Shown: positions 1-11,600, counted from the first letter of the stretch. The stretch: 50,395 nt of DNA from a virus (IMGVR_UViG_3300030107_000806:1-50395); one strand, 5' to 3'. The notes: a model not told the origin generated them from the letters alone. Translations and numbers: made by a program.

Positions 1-1839
1 TTTATTCTTACATGGAATAAAGCTTTTGGTGAAACAGTAACAACAGGAAACTTACTTCCTAATTCTGGAGATGGTGTAGACTGGAACTCTAGTAGTACAG
101 ACCAAATTAATTCTGCTAATTCTTCTGGATATGTAAGTAATGGTAGTACAGTAAATGGATTTGATGTTACTTGTTCTACTTCTCAATCTAACTGTGGTTA
201 TAGATATAGTGTAGGTGGAGATTTTGAAGTTACTGGTACAGCAACAGTAAGCGTAGATGATATAGCATTAACAAATAATTCTATTACTCAATCAATGCTT
301 GATAATGGTATAACATTAAATAGTTATATTGATGTTGCTAACTGTGAAAGTACAGAAGGTAATTGTGAATCTAAAGGTGGTGCTAATGATTCTCATACAA
401 CTACAGTACAATTAGAAGATTCTAGTGGAAATGTATTAAGTACAACAACACAAACAAGAACAGAAGTTACAGGATTTCAAGGTAATTGTAATGGTTACCC
501 CGGCACAACTACAACTGGTATAACAACAGGATGTGGTCAGTACAATGATAGAATTATTTATCTTGGTGTAGGTGCAAATAGAGTAGATTGGTCTTGGTCT
601 GGTACAGATAGTAATTACACAAATCAATCTAGGCAAGGTCCAAATTTATTAGGGTCATCTTTAACAATGACTTATAATAATACTGAGTTTAGTCCTATTG
701 ATGATGACTCTCAAGAAGTTATTGATGATATAGATGAAACAATTGATGATGCTATTGATGATATAGATTGGGAAAATGATTATACTTGGGATGATAACTG
801 GTATGAAGACGAGTATACTTGGGAAGAAGATTTTTATTTTGAAGAAGAATATGTTATGGATGAAGACATATACTTTGAAGAATTTGAAATGGAAGAATTT
901 GACATAGGTGAATTTGAGCAACCACCAATGTTGGAAGAGTTTGACGAAATAGATTTTGAAGAAATGCCTACAATGGAAGAGGTATTTTTTGAAGAAGATT
1001 ATATAGAACCTCCAATGATGACAGAGGAACTATTTACAGAAGAATTTGAAGAAGACTTTACAGATTTTTTAGAAGAGACTGGCATGGAAGAAGAGTTCAT
1101 GGAGTTTCTGGAAGAGGAAGGAATAACAGCAGAAGAATTTTTTGAAGAGATAACCGAGGAGGAGTTTAATGATGAACTTACTGAGGAATCTTTTGAGGAG
1201 TTTGAGGAGCCATTGGAAGAAGTCTCAACAGAGGAAGAAAGCATACCAGAGACTGTTGGAACTAAAGAAGAAACAATGGAAGTTAAATCTGAATCAGAAT
1301 TAAAAGAAGAAAAAGAAGTAGCCCAAAATGAATCAAATGAACAGGAGGAAGAAGTTCAAGAAGAAGAATCCGATAGCACAGGAACTGAGGAGTCCGAAGT
1401 ACAGACAGCAGAAAGTGAAGAGCAAGAAGATATACAATCGGAAGACAGAGAAATGGACACCAACACAGGGATTACTACAGATGTTGCAAAAGTAGAAAGT
1501 AAACTAAAAAAGAATTTAAAAGCTATAGCAAAACAGATAGCAAAAGTAACAAAGATTAACACTCAAAACTTATCAAAAGAGGATTTATTTTTTAAAAGTA
1601 ATACATTAGACGCCTATAATAAAGTACAGTTTTATAAATCAAAAGAAATTTATACTGACCAAAACTTAGATTTGTTTAATCAAATTGATTTAGGCGTCTA
1701 TAGTAAAGATATTTACACAACTGTAACTCTTGCCAGTTATGTAAATAACGACCCTGTAGAAATACATAAGAAAAAATTACAGGATATTCAAGCAAGAAAA
1801 AATAAAATACTAATGGAATTGGAGGTTCTTAAACAATGA
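1..1839 (+). CDS. Probably secreted/envelope protein with a very long Asp/Glu-rich central region (5'-truncated by window)
   Basis: Frame is open from base 1 (FILTWNKAFG|ETVTTGNLLPN..., like the end of a signal peptide), so the ORF-track start at 295 is internal. Cys-containing N-domain, long acidic tract, coiled-coil C-terminus. Confidence 0.75.
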   Translation, partial: FILTWNKAFGETVTTGNLLPNSGDGVDWNSSSTDQINSANSSGYVSNGSTVNGFDVTCSTSQSNCGYRYSVGGDFEVTGTATVSVDDIALTNNSITQSMLDNGITLNSYIDVANCESTEGNCESKGGANDSHTTTVQLEDSSGNVLSTTTQTRTEVTGFQGNCNGYPGTTTTGITTGCGQYNDRIIYLGVGANRVDWSWSGTDSNYTNQSRQGPNLLGSSLTMTYNNTEFSPIDDDSQEVIDDIDETIDDAIDDIDWENDYTWDDNWYEDEYTWEEDFYFEEEYVMDEDIYFEEFEMEEFDIGEFEQPPMLEEFDEIDFEEMPTMEEVFFEEDYIEPPMMTEELFTEEFEEDFTDFLEETGMEEEFMEFLEEEGITAEEFFEEITEEEFNDELTEESFEEFEEPLEEVSTEEESIPETVGTKEETMEVKSESELKEEKEVAQNESNEQEEEVQEEESDSTGTEESEVQTAESEEQEDIQSEDREMDTNTGITTDVAKVESKLKKNLKAIAKQIAKVTKINTQNLSKEDLFFKSNTLDAYNKVQFYKSKEIYTDQNLDLFNQIDLGVYSKDIYTTVTLASYVNNDPVEIHKKKLQDIQARKNKILMELEVLKQ

Positions 1840-2324
1840 AGATAATGGATAAACTTAGTACATATGCTGCCCTTATAGGCGTTATAGGAGCTATAGGTGG
1901 AGGTTTTTATGCATGGGGAGAATTTAATAATCGTCTTTCTGTTTTAGAAAATGAACCACCAGTTAATTTACAACCCTTAGTAGAAAAAGATAAAGAACTA
2001 GCAAAACAATTTGATGAAGTATTATTATACGCTAATGAATATAAAGTAGATTTAATAGACAGAATTAAAAAGGTTGATGATAAAATACAACCTGTAGATT
2101 TAACTATTGTATTTAAAGAAATAGCAAAAATTAGAGAACAAATAGCTATGATTGATATACCAGAACCAGTTATTTTAGACCCTTTATATCAATCTATTAA
2201 AGCACTTGAAACAATAATAGCAGAAGTTTCTAAACAAATTGCAATAGCTTTAAAAGAAAATGAATTACAAGATGTTCAAATAGAAGAAATTAAAGCTAAA
2301 TCAAATAATCCTTTAAGTAATTAA
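1836..2324 (+). CDS. Membrane-anchored coiled-coil protein
   Basis: N-terminal TM helix (YAALIGVIGAIGGGFYAW) then heptad-rich sequence; ATGA overlap with the upstream gene. Confidence 0.8.
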   Translation: MKIMDKLSTYAALIGVIGAIGGGFYAWGEFNNRLSVLENEPPVNLQPLVEKDKELAKQFDEVLLYANEYKVDLIDRIKKVDDKIQPVDLTIVFKEIAKIREQIAMIDIPEPVILDPLYQSIKALETIIAEVSKQIAIALKENELQDVQIEEIKAKSNNPLSN

Positions 2325-2325
2325 T

Positions 2326-2541
2326 ATGAATATAAAAGATACAGTTTGGGTGGTTGGTATTATTCTTGCTCTTGGTGTAACTTGGGGCATGACATCGCAA
2401 AGAATTTCTGCTATGGAAAGCGACATGGACAGATTAGAGTCTGCTTTAATAACTTTTACTAAAATGGAAACTAGACTAGCAGTTATTGAAACAGAGGTAA
2501 AAAATATGAATAAGAAATTAGATAACATAGGAATAAAATAA
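2326..2541 (+). CDS. Small TM + coiled-coil protein
   Basis: TM helix (VWVVGIILALGVTWGM) followed by coiled coil; tightly packed in the operon. Confidence 0.8.
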   Translation: MNIKDTVWVVGIILALGVTWGMTSQRISAMESDMDRLESALITFTKMETRLAVIETEVKNMNKKLDNIGIK

Positions 2542-4598
2542 TGGCAAAAAGAGACTTTAAAGAAATTCCAAAGGCAGCTCAACCGGGTCAAGTTCCTGTA
2601 GGAACAGCTCAAGTAGATATTGATAAATATATTACTGACCAAGTTAAAGACCCAAAGGTTGCTCAAGCTGCTAAACAAGCTTATACAACACAAACTGTAC
2701 AACAAAATGAATTATTACAAGGTGCTACGCAAACAGCTCCGACAGCAGTAGGAGCAAGAACTTTAACAGCACCTACTATAACTGGAGCAACTCCTGCAAG
2801 TGCTACAACAATTACAGGACCAACAGCTATATCCGCACCAACAACTACTGCGGCAACTGGAACAGCTCAAACTGGAACAGCAGCTACTGGTACTCTTGGA
2901 ACACAAGCACAGGTAGCAGCACAAACAGGAACTTTATCTACTGGTGCAACTCCAGCAGGTCAAACAGCAATACCGACAGGTCAAGCAATTGCACAGGCAG
3001 CAAGTGGAACTTTATCTACTGGTGCTTTAGCACAATCTATTACAGGAACTGCGGCAACTGTAGCAGCACAAACACAAAATTTACCGACAGCTATTCAAGC
3101 AGCAGTAGGAAATAATCCTGCTTCTGTAACTGCGGCAGTTGTTAATCAACCTACAGCAGTTAATGCACAAATTGCAGCGTTACCTACAACAACTTTAGTT
3201 TCATCACAATTACAAACTTTATTACAAGGAATTGATACAGGTACTATTCCACCTTGGGCAAGAAGTGCAGTCGATGCAGTTGACGCACAGTTAGCACAAA
3301 GAGGAATGAGTCGTTCTTCTGTTGGAAGAGACGCATTGATTAATTCTATTATTCAATCTGCTGTTCCTATTGCACAAGCGAATGCTTCTATGCTTCAACA
3401 AACTGCAATGGCTAACTTAAATAACCAACAACAAGCAGAAGTTTTAACAAAGCAACAACAGTTTCAAAGAGATTTAACTAACGCTGAAAATCAAATGAGA
3501 GCAGGTACAGCAACTGCTGGATTTGAACAACAAATGGGATTAGCTAATTTACAAAATGCACAAGATGCAGTAATGGCTACAGCAAATCAACAGCAACAAG
3601 TTCGTTTACAAAACTTAGCTAACTTACAATCAACATCTCTTAATAATGCTCAGTTACAACAGCAAATGAGTTTAGCTGGAATGAATAATCAGCAATCAGT
3701 AGCATTAGCAAATGCTCAACAAGTTGCTGGTATGGATGTTTTAAATTTAAATAATCAACAACAAGCAGTTATATCTAATTCAAATTTATTTAGAACTTTT
3801 GAACAACAAAATTTAAGTAATGAACAACAATCAACTTTAGCAAATGCAGCAAAGTTAGCAGCATTAGATATGGCTAACTTAAATAACAGACAACAAGCTC
3901 AAGTAATAAATGCTCAATCATTTTTAAATATGGATATGACTAATCTTAGTAATAGTCAACAAATAGCGGTGCTTAATGCACAACAAAAACAACAAGCTAT
4001 GTTATCTAATCAAGCAGCAACAAATGCTTCATCACAGTTTAACGCAACAAGTCAAGCTCAGACTGACCAGTTTATGGCTAACTTAACTAATACAGTTGCT
4101 CAAAGTAATGCACAGCGTAATGATGCTATGTCACAGTTTAATACAACCAATGCTAATAGAATTGCAGAAGTTAATGCAGGTAATACTTTAGAAGCTGATA
4201 GATTAGAAGAACAACTTAATTCACAAATTGCTCAGTATAATTCTAATCTTAATTTTCAACGAGACCAATTCAATACACAAAATGCTTTAGCAGTTGAGCA
4301 ATCAAATGTTCAATGGAGAAGACAAACTAATACTGCTAATACAGCAGGACAGAATGCAGTTAATCAAGCTAATGCAATGAATGCTTTTAATCTTAGTAAT
4401 CAAGGATTATCTTTTCTTTGGCAAGAGATGAGAGATGCAGCTAAGTGGGAATACGAAGCTTCAGAGAATGATGAAGAAAGAGCAGCAAGTTTAGCAGTTG
4501 CGGCATTACAAAACGAAGCGGCAAGTGATGCATCAAAGGCAGACCTTATTAAAAAAATTGGTGGTTTTGCTTTAGATATATGGAAAAATAGACCATAA
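2541..4598 (+). CDS. Gln/Ala/Asn-rich internal virion (ejection) protein
   Basis: Thr/Ala-rich N-part, quasi-repeats like NLNNQQQA, position at the start of the internal-virion block. Confidence 0.7.
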   Translation: MAKRDFKEIPKAAQPGQVPVGTAQVDIDKYITDQVKDPKVAQAAKQAYTTQTVQQNELLQGATQTAPTAVGARTLTAPTITGATPASATTITGPTAISAPTTTAATGTAQTGTAATGTLGTQAQVAAQTGTLSTGATPAGQTAIPTGQAIAQAASGTLSTGALAQSITGTAATVAAQTQNLPTAIQAAVGNNPASVTAAVVNQPTAVNAQIAALPTTTLVSSQLQTLLQGIDTGTIPPWARSAVDAVDAQLAQRGMSRSSVGRDALINSIIQSAVPIAQANASMLQQTAMANLNNQQQAEVLTKQQQFQRDLTNAENQMRAGTATAGFEQQMGLANLQNAQDAVMATANQQQQVRLQNLANLQSTSLNNAQLQQQMSLAGMNNQQSVALANAQQVAGMDVLNLNNQQQAVISNSNLFRTFEQQNLSNEQQSTLANAAKLAALDMANLNNRQQAQVINAQSFLNMDMTNLSNSQQIAVLNAQQKQQAMLSNQAATNASSQFNATSQAQTDQFMANLTNTVAQSNAQRNDAMSQFNTTNANRIAEVNAGNTLEADRLEEQLNSQIAQYNSNLNFQRDQFNTQNALAVEQSNVQWRRQTNTANTAGQNAVNQANAMNAFNLSNQGLSFLWQEMRDAAKWEYEASENDEERAASLAVAALQNEAASDASKADLIKKIGGFALDIWKNRP

Positions 4599-4607
4599 TA
4601 ATAAATA

Positions 4608-5051
4608 ATGAACGATATTGAAGCAACTATAAATTTACTTTTAGATGCTAAAAATTATAAAGATATGTTTAATAAAGATGTTTCATCTGTTGTTGAATAT
4701 ATTTTACCAGCTATAAAACTTAATCAATATAGAGTTTTTAGAAGAGGTGATAAACCTTATGCATATACAAGTTGGGCATATATGAATAAAGATTCATCAG
4801 AAAAATTTCAACAAACTGGTGTAATAGAACATGAGTCTTGGTGGAATAATGGTAATGAAGTTTGGCATATTGATACAGTTGTCGAAGAAGGTAATGATGT
4901 TCTTCCTATTCATAGGTGGACATCAAATAATATTGCTGAATTAAAAGGTGATAAAACAAAAATAAATTGGATAAGAATAGGAATGAAAAATAATAATTTT
5001 TATGTTAAAAAAACTGGACACGCATTTGCAAGGAGTGAAATAAATGGGTAG
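4608..5051 (+). CDS. HlyC/RtxC-like toxin-activating lysine acyltransferase family protein
   Basis: ILPAIKLNQY...PYAYTSWAYM...WNNGNEVWHID matches the HlyC pattern (LPAI..GQ...P.AYCSWA...W.SG.R.W.ID); 147 aa. Confidence 0.75.
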   Translation: MNDIEATINLLLDAKNYKDMFNKDVSSVVEYILPAIKLNQYRVFRRGDKPYAYTSWAYMNKDSSEKFQQTGVIEHESWWNNGNEVWHIDTVVEEGNDVLPIHRWTSNNIAELKGDKTKINWIRIGMKNNNFYVKKTGHAFARSEING

Positions 5052-6300
5052 TATATTTAGAAAAATAAAACGAATCGTTAAAAAAAATCCTTTAACTCGA
5101 ATAATTAAAAGAGTAGGTAAAGGAATTGCTGATGTTGGTAAAAAAACTTGGCAAGGTATTAAACGAATTGGTGGTAAAGCTATGGCAGCTTATGGTAAAA
5201 TAAGTAAGAAGCTTGGACCTATAGGTATGATAGGTCTGTCAATGGCTATGCCTTATTTACTTGGTGGCTTTAGTGGAGCTGCTGGTGGACTCTGGACAAA
5301 TTTTGGAACTAAAATGGGTGGAGTAATTGGTAAAGGCGGAACTGTTTTACAAAAAGGTTTAATGCATAGTCAAAATCCATTTTTAAAAGTTATGGGTTAT
5401 GCTGGTAAAGGAATGTATAATACTGCTAACTTTATTGGTGGAACTACTCGAGGTATTTCTCAAACTATTTCTAAAACTTTCGGACAATTTGCACAAGGAA
5501 ATGTATCACAAGGATTTGCAAATCTTTATCAGGGAACAACAGAAGTTTTATCTGGTAAAGCTGGTATGGGTACAATGAAATATATTGATTCTTCTATGTT
5601 CGCAAAAGCTATAGGAGTTCCGGGAAAACATATGACAGGTGTAAACTTAGCAACACAAAATTTAGGAACACTTGTTCAAACAGGTGGTGTTAATTTAGGT
5701 AATATGAATATAGGAAATAAATTTGCTTATGAAGCTATAAATAAATCTATGTTAAAAAATGAAGCATTTAAAAGATTAAGTGGTGAAGGATTAAAATATC
5801 ATAATACACTTGTTAATAATGTTGGCTTAGATGACCAAACAGCTTTCCAATATATTAGTAATAATGGTTATGACTCAGCAACAGGTATATTAGATAAGAC
5901 TGCATCAATGGATTTTAAAGCTGGTCTTAAACCAAATGAGTATGCTTGGACTGGTCAAAATATAAATAAAACTGTTGACGCTTATAAGTTACAAACTGGT
6001 GGTGGTTTTCATTATAAAGCAAAAAAAGATGGTGATGTATTTCAAACTGAAGAAAGTATCTTATCTAAAAAGAAATCATGGAAAGATGCCGCAGCAGCAG
6101 CAGCAAAAAATTTATTCTCAAATGACCAAGAAGAAACACCAGTATATGCACCTAATGCATATGAACAACTTAATTCTGTTCATCCTAATTATGCTGGTAC
6201 AGACATAACTGGTTCAGCAGATGCAGGATTTATAAGTACAGATATGAAAAAATGGTACGCATTGATGAATAAAAAAATGAATATAACGGGGAGTAATTAA
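5044..6300 (+). CDS. Gly-rich internal virion/ejection protein with basic amphipathic N-terminus
   Basis: MGSIFRKIKRIVKK... amphipathic helix, hydrophobic Gly-rich segment; overlaps the acyltransferase stop by 8 nt. Confidence 0.7.
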   Translation: MGSIFRKIKRIVKKNPLTRIIKRVGKGIADVGKKTWQGIKRIGGKAMAAYGKISKKLGPIGMIGLSMAMPYLLGGFSGAAGGLWTNFGTKMGGVIGKGGTVLQKGLMHSQNPFLKVMGYAGKGMYNTANFIGGTTRGISQTISKTFGQFAQGNVSQGFANLYQGTTEVLSGKAGMGTMKYIDSSMFAKAIGVPGKHMTGVNLATQNLGTLVQTGGVNLGNMNIGNKFAYEAINKSMLKNEAFKRLSGEGLKYHNTLVNNVGLDDQTAFQYISNNGYDSATGILDKTASMDFKAGLKPNEYAWTGQNINKTVDAYKLQTGGGFHYKAKKDGDVFQTEESILSKKKSWKDAAAAAAKNLFSNDQEETPVYAPNAYEQLNSVHPNYAGTDITGSADAGFISTDMKKWYALMNKKMNITGSN

Positions 6301-6345
6301 TAGTAGCTCAGAGAAGGGGGCGAGGAAAACTAGAAAAGGAAAACA

Positions 6346-6885
6346 ATGGCAGAAATAAATAAAACAGAACCAAATAAGTTTGAACAAGTAGGAATGAATC
6401 CTTTTAATTCTCCTACACCGGGAGAATCATTGACTGTTTCTCCAGAAACTCGTCATTCATGGGAGAGTCCTCCACAACAAACAAATATTCAACCTGTTAT
6501 GGAACAGTTATTTTTACAATTAACTGAAAAAGAAACTTATATTGAATTACTTAATCTTTTAAATAATGGCACACCAATAGACCAATTAACACAAGTTATT
6601 CTTTATAGAGGAATGACAGAAGGTATCTATAATGTTGACTTAATGTTATTATTAATTGAACCAACTATGTATTTATTAATTGCTATTGCAGAAGAAAATG
6701 AAATTGAACCAGTTATCTATGAAGAACAAGATGATGATTTAGCAGAAACTGAAACTGTTCAAAAACAAATTAGAAATAAAAAACAATCTGAAATTAGAAA
6801 AGATAGTGTACCTTCATCTATTTTACAACGAGTAAAAACTCTACCAAAGTTAGATGAATTACAAACAGAAGAAGAGGTAGGATAA
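6346..6885 (+). CDS. Hypothetical virion-associated protein
   Basis: 179-aa ORF, AAGGA RBS, PxPGESLT...WExPP motif seen in podophage structural blocks. Confidence 0.7.
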   Translation: MAEINKTEPNKFEQVGMNPFNSPTPGESLTVSPETRHSWESPPQQTNIQPVMEQLFLQLTEKETYIELLNLLNNGTPIDQLTQVILYRGMTEGIYNVDLMLLLIEPTMYLLIAIAEENEIEPVIYEEQDDDLAETETVQKQIRNKKQSEIRKDSVPSSILQRVKTLPKLDELQTEEEVG

Positions 6886-6886
6886 T

Positions 6887-8689
6887 ATGGCATTAAATTT
6901 TGGTGATGTAGCATTAAACTTAGCAGCAGGTGCAATTGATAAAGATGAGAAGTATCGTCAAGATGCTTTAGAACAACGCTATAAAGAACTCGCAGATAAT
7001 AAAGAACTATACAGAGCTTTAGCAACTACTCGTTATTCAAAAGATTTAGAAAAATATTATGCAGAGACAGAAAAGTATGATGCTTTAAAAAGTGCCTACA
7101 AAGAAATTCAAGATAAAAATTTATCTAAGAGAGAAGCGGCAATGAAAATTATTGGTGCTACTCCAGAGTATGCATTCCAATATCAAAATGCTAAAGATGA
7201 AACTGTGCAAGAAAATTTAATTCAAACTGTAATGTCCGGATTTAAAGATAAAACTAGAACAGAAACAGTCGGTGGTGGAGCAGGGTCTCCGGAAACAACT
7301 AAAGAAGTTGCAGATGGATTTACTTTTACTCACTCTGGTTTAAATATACAAGCACCAGACCCAGAAGATTATTTTCAAGACCCTAACTATTGGGGCAAAC
7401 TTGCTAAAGAAATTGAATCTGGAACTGTTGGTCCTCTTTCAAAACAAATTTATAAATTAATGGGTAAACAACCAGCAGAAGTAGACCTTGACCAACTAGA
7501 ACAAAAAGCTGGTACAACAATTCGAGAAGATATAGACCCAATTCCTTATAGTTCTGGTAATACAGATGCTGATATTCCGGGAATGATAACTAATCCAGAT
7601 AATTCTGCATTTGCAAATGATAGTAAAGCATTAGGTGTTCTTAATACAAAGTATCAAACTTACGCAGGTGAAGCACAAACTGGTAATAAAGCATCTATTC
7701 TTTCTGGAATAGCTGTTCTAGGTAATGGTGTTAAAGATATGGTTGCTAAAAAAGAAGGTGATGATTGGGTTATTACTGATGAAGGACAAGTTTTATTTAA
7801 TCAATCTCGACAAATTTATAATCAAGTTGTTAATGATTTATACTTTGGTATTGTTAAAGCTGATGGTAAATATGCAGGAAGAGATGATTTATTTACAGAT
7901 GAAATTATTCAAAGTATGTATTTAAATGAAGTTAGACGAAGAACTTTTACTTTAAATAATAAAAATGTATTTGGAGCTATAGGTTTAGATACAGGTGATA
8001 TTAAAGGAACATTTATGATACCAACAAGTGTTCTTCCAATCAATACAGTATTACCTGCCGGAGTAAAAGATGGATTACAAGCTCATTTAAATGAAGTATT
8101 TGCAGATTCTGAAGAAAATTTATTTCAGCTTTATCCGCAATTAATTGCTGAGTCAAAAGCATATCTTAATTCTGAAGGAATAACAACAAAAGATACTGAT
8201 GGTGGTACTGAAGGTACTGGTGAAAAAGTTGCAAGTGAAACAACTATTACAGATTTATGGAAAAATAATAGAAATAAATCACAAAAAGAAATTATAGAAA
8301 TGTTAGAATCTTTAGGTTGGAAAGTTCCAGATGAATTAAAAAATAAAAAAATAACTTTAGCACCTTCAGATTCTAATGAAGTTATTGAAAATGAAGATAC
8401 TGTACAAGATGAATTAATAGATGGTGACAATCCAAATAAAAATAATAATAAAAAAGAAAATAAAAATAAAAAATCTACAAGTAGTGGTGTAGGTGATAAA
8501 CCTTGGTTATTTTCTGATGGAACTTTTAATCCTAACTATGACCCCGGTAAAAAGAATACAAAACCCGGACAAAATTCTTATGGAAATTTAGATGGTAATG
8601 AATATACAGTAGGAACAGAAGCAAATGAATATCTTAAAGCAAAAAATTTATACGAAAGAGAACAACGAAAAAATAAATCTTGGTGGTAA
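6887..8689 (+). CDS. Internal virion protein
   Basis: 600-aa ORF, GAGGT RBS, sits just before the largest virion gene (T7 gp15-like position). Confidence 0.65.
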   Translation: MALNFGDVALNLAAGAIDKDEKYRQDALEQRYKELADNKELYRALATTRYSKDLEKYYAETEKYDALKSAYKEIQDKNLSKREAAMKIIGATPEYAFQYQNAKDETVQENLIQTVMSGFKDKTRTETVGGGAGSPETTKEVADGFTFTHSGLNIQAPDPEDYFQDPNYWGKLAKEIESGTVGPLSKQIYKLMGKQPAEVDLDQLEQKAGTTIREDIDPIPYSSGNTDADIPGMITNPDNSAFANDSKALGVLNTKYQTYAGEAQTGNKASILSGIAVLGNGVKDMVAKKEGDDWVITDEGQVLFNQSRQIYNQVVNDLYFGIVKADGKYAGRDDLFTDEIIQSMYLNEVRRRTFTLNNKNVFGAIGLDTGDIKGTFMIPTSVLPINTVLPAGVKDGLQAHLNEVFADSEENLFQLYPQLIAESKAYLNSEGITTKDTDGGTEGTGEKVASETTITDLWKNNRNKSQKEIIEMLESLGWKVPDELKNKKITLAPSDSNEVIENEDTVQDELIDGDNPNKNNNKKENKNKKSTSSGVGDKPWLFSDGTFNPNYDPGKKNTKPGQNSYGNLDGNEYTVGTEANEYLKAKNLYEREQRKNKSWW

Positions 8690-8694
8690 AATAA

Positions 8695-11600
8695 ATGGCT
8701 ACTTCAAATCTTAATAAAGAAGATTGGGATTTATCTTCTTTAGAATCAGCTACACAAATCCCTTCTAATATTGATAACAACCAGAGTTCTACTTCTAATG
8801 TAGCAACTAATACTATTGATACATCTGGTTGGAATATTCCCGATTATATACAAAACTATGACGACCCTACTACTATTCGTAAGATTAAGTATGGTGCGGC
8901 ACAAGAAACCTATTTGTTAGGTGATGTATGGCGATTAACTAAATCGGCATTTGAAGCTGCTATAGGTCCAGATAGTTTTGCGGAAGAAAGAGAAGAGACT
9001 GAAGAAGAAAGACTACAAAAAATTTATGATAATTTTCCAGAATTTAAATCTGGAAGATTTGATAATGATATGGCAGTATGGGGTGGAAGAAGTTTAATTA
9101 TGTTGACTGACCCTGTATATATGTTAATGCCTTGGAGTAGAGCTGCTCAAGCTGGAAAACTTTATAAAGGTTGGAAAAAATATGGAGCTGCTACAGGAGC
9201 TTTAGCTGGATTAGGTGGTACTGTTGGTGCAGCAGATATGGCAATAAGGGAATTTGCAAGAACTGGTAAAGTTACGCCAAGAAATGTAGCAATAGGTGCT
9301 ACTGCTGGTGCAGTTTTATCTCCTGCTTTTTTAGGTATACAAAAAGTTGGAGCTATGGGTTTAAATAAACTTTTTCCACAGCTTTTTAAAAATAAACAAA
9401 TGCAAAAAGAAGTTACAGATATTCTTCATGGTATCCATAAAAATAAATATAATTTAAATGATAAACAATTACAAAATGTTTATAATATTTCTAAAGATAA
9501 AAATATAATAAAATTATTTCAAGATATAGATGGAGCTGAAAATGTTTATAAAAATTATCTTAAACCAAAAGAAGAACTAACTGCTTTAGTACAAGGAATA
9601 AGAGAAGCCAGTAAAAAAGGAATTAAAATTAGATTAAAAACTTTTAAGTTTCAAGGTAAAAAATATAATGTTCGTAATTATAAAGAAAGAAAAATTCTTA
9701 GTAAAGAAATTAATAAGAAAATGGGTGAATCTCTTAAAGACCAAGCTCGTAAAGAATCAAAACTTCAAATAGAAATTGTTAAACAATTACATAGTGCGGG
9801 TGGTTTAACTTCAAGAACAACTCGTCAAATTGCTAGAATGATGACAACAAATTTAGCAAGACCAGCTTTTGGTGGAGCAGGTGGAGCAGTTTATGGTACA
9901 TTATTTACTGATAGTGATGAAGGATTTTGGAAAGCAGTTGGTGCAGGTGTAGGTATTGGTATGACACATAAAGTTTTAATGCGTGGTGGTATTAAAGGTG
10001 TACCTACAGCAGTACAAAAAGAATTAGGACAAGGCATAGTTAAAAATTATTTAAGTAATCTTGATAGATTTACAAGAATAACAATGGCTATGACACAACA
10101 AAGTAAACTTACACAACGAGGACCTATCCTTGATGAGTTTTCTAATCTTTTCTTTGCACGACCAACTGATACAGTAAGATTAAATATGTGGGGTAAGGTT
10201 GCTAAAAATCAAGATGAATCACTTGGATTAATTGGTAGTGGTAATTCTGTTGAAGAATTAGCAGAAAGAAGATTTGCATTATTAGCTGATGATATTTATA
10301 CTAAGGTTGTAGCAGGAGCAAGTCGAGATGTACAAGCAGATGCTATTAAAATTGTTAGAGGATTTAAAGGAAAGACTTCTTCTGAAGCTAAAGATTTATC
10401 AAAAAGAATTAAAAATTTTTTAGGAGATTTTAGGTCATATTATAAAGATGTAGGATTTTCTGAAAAAGAAATGTTAATAAATTATTTCCCAAGAAAATTT
10501 AACTTTAAACTTATTGCTAACAATAGAGAAGAATTTCAAAAAGATATAGTTAAAATTATTGATAATTTAAAAAGAGATAAGAAAAGTAAATACTTTAAAG
10601 ATAAAAGAAAGAGTGATGATATTGCAGAAGAATATATAAATAGTGTTCAACGAACTCATACTGACCCAATTATAGATTTTAAAAAAGCTACCGGTGGGGT
10701 AGAATATTCTAATACTTATAATTTTAAATTACCAATGAGTCAACACATTGAATTAGAAAGAGCTTTACAAGGTTCATACAAAGATGTTGAAAGTATTTTA
10801 GGTAAGTGGACAGTTAATGAAGCCGATAAAGTTTTATTAGATGTAGTACGAACAAGTGTAAAATCAATTGAATTTGCAAGAGTGTTTGGAAAACATGGTC
10901 AAGGTTTCAAAACTTTTCTTGATAGATTAAACGACCAGTATGCAAAGTCTGGGTTTAAAAAGGTTCGTGGTTTTTATGGTACTAATCCCGAAGGTGCTGG
11001 AAGTCCACATCGAAATGATGTTGAAGCAATGCATAATGCTGTTAATTCTTTTTTTAATAGGTACGGAAGAAAAGGAACAGAGGGAGAAAAATTAACTGCG
11101 GCTTGGTTATCTACAATGGCTAACTTTAGTATGATGGATAAAGTTACTATTGCAAACCTTGGTGATTTAATTCAACCATTTCAAAACAGTAGACATTGGT
11201 TATCAGCTATTCAAGGTATATTTGGTGGTCAAGGAATTAGTAGACAAATGGCACAAAAATTTACACAAGGTACAAAACAAAGTTTTAAAGATGCGTATTA
11301 CTCCGATACAACTGGTTCAACACCTTATGCTATAGGTAATAAAGGAGGTAGTGTTAGGTCTTTACTTGGTATTGCTAATGAAAAGTTTTTTAAATTTATT
11401 GGATTAGAAGCAGTTACAAATATGGCAAGACGATATGCTTATAATGTTGGGGCTATAGATACATTTAAAACAGCTAAAAGATTAGCTTTACGATTACAAA
11501 AAACTGGAGGTAAAAGTTTAAATGATTTAACAGATTCAACTTCATTAAAAGATATTAACCATCTTATAAAAACTGGTGCATTAAAAGTTGGAAAAGATGG

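Noticed and set aside
436-1562. - strand ORFs (Ser/Phe/Cys-rich) opposite the acidic gene
   Set aside because: Shadow frames of GAA/GAT/ACA-rich codons; the same applies to the other antisense ORFs over long genes.
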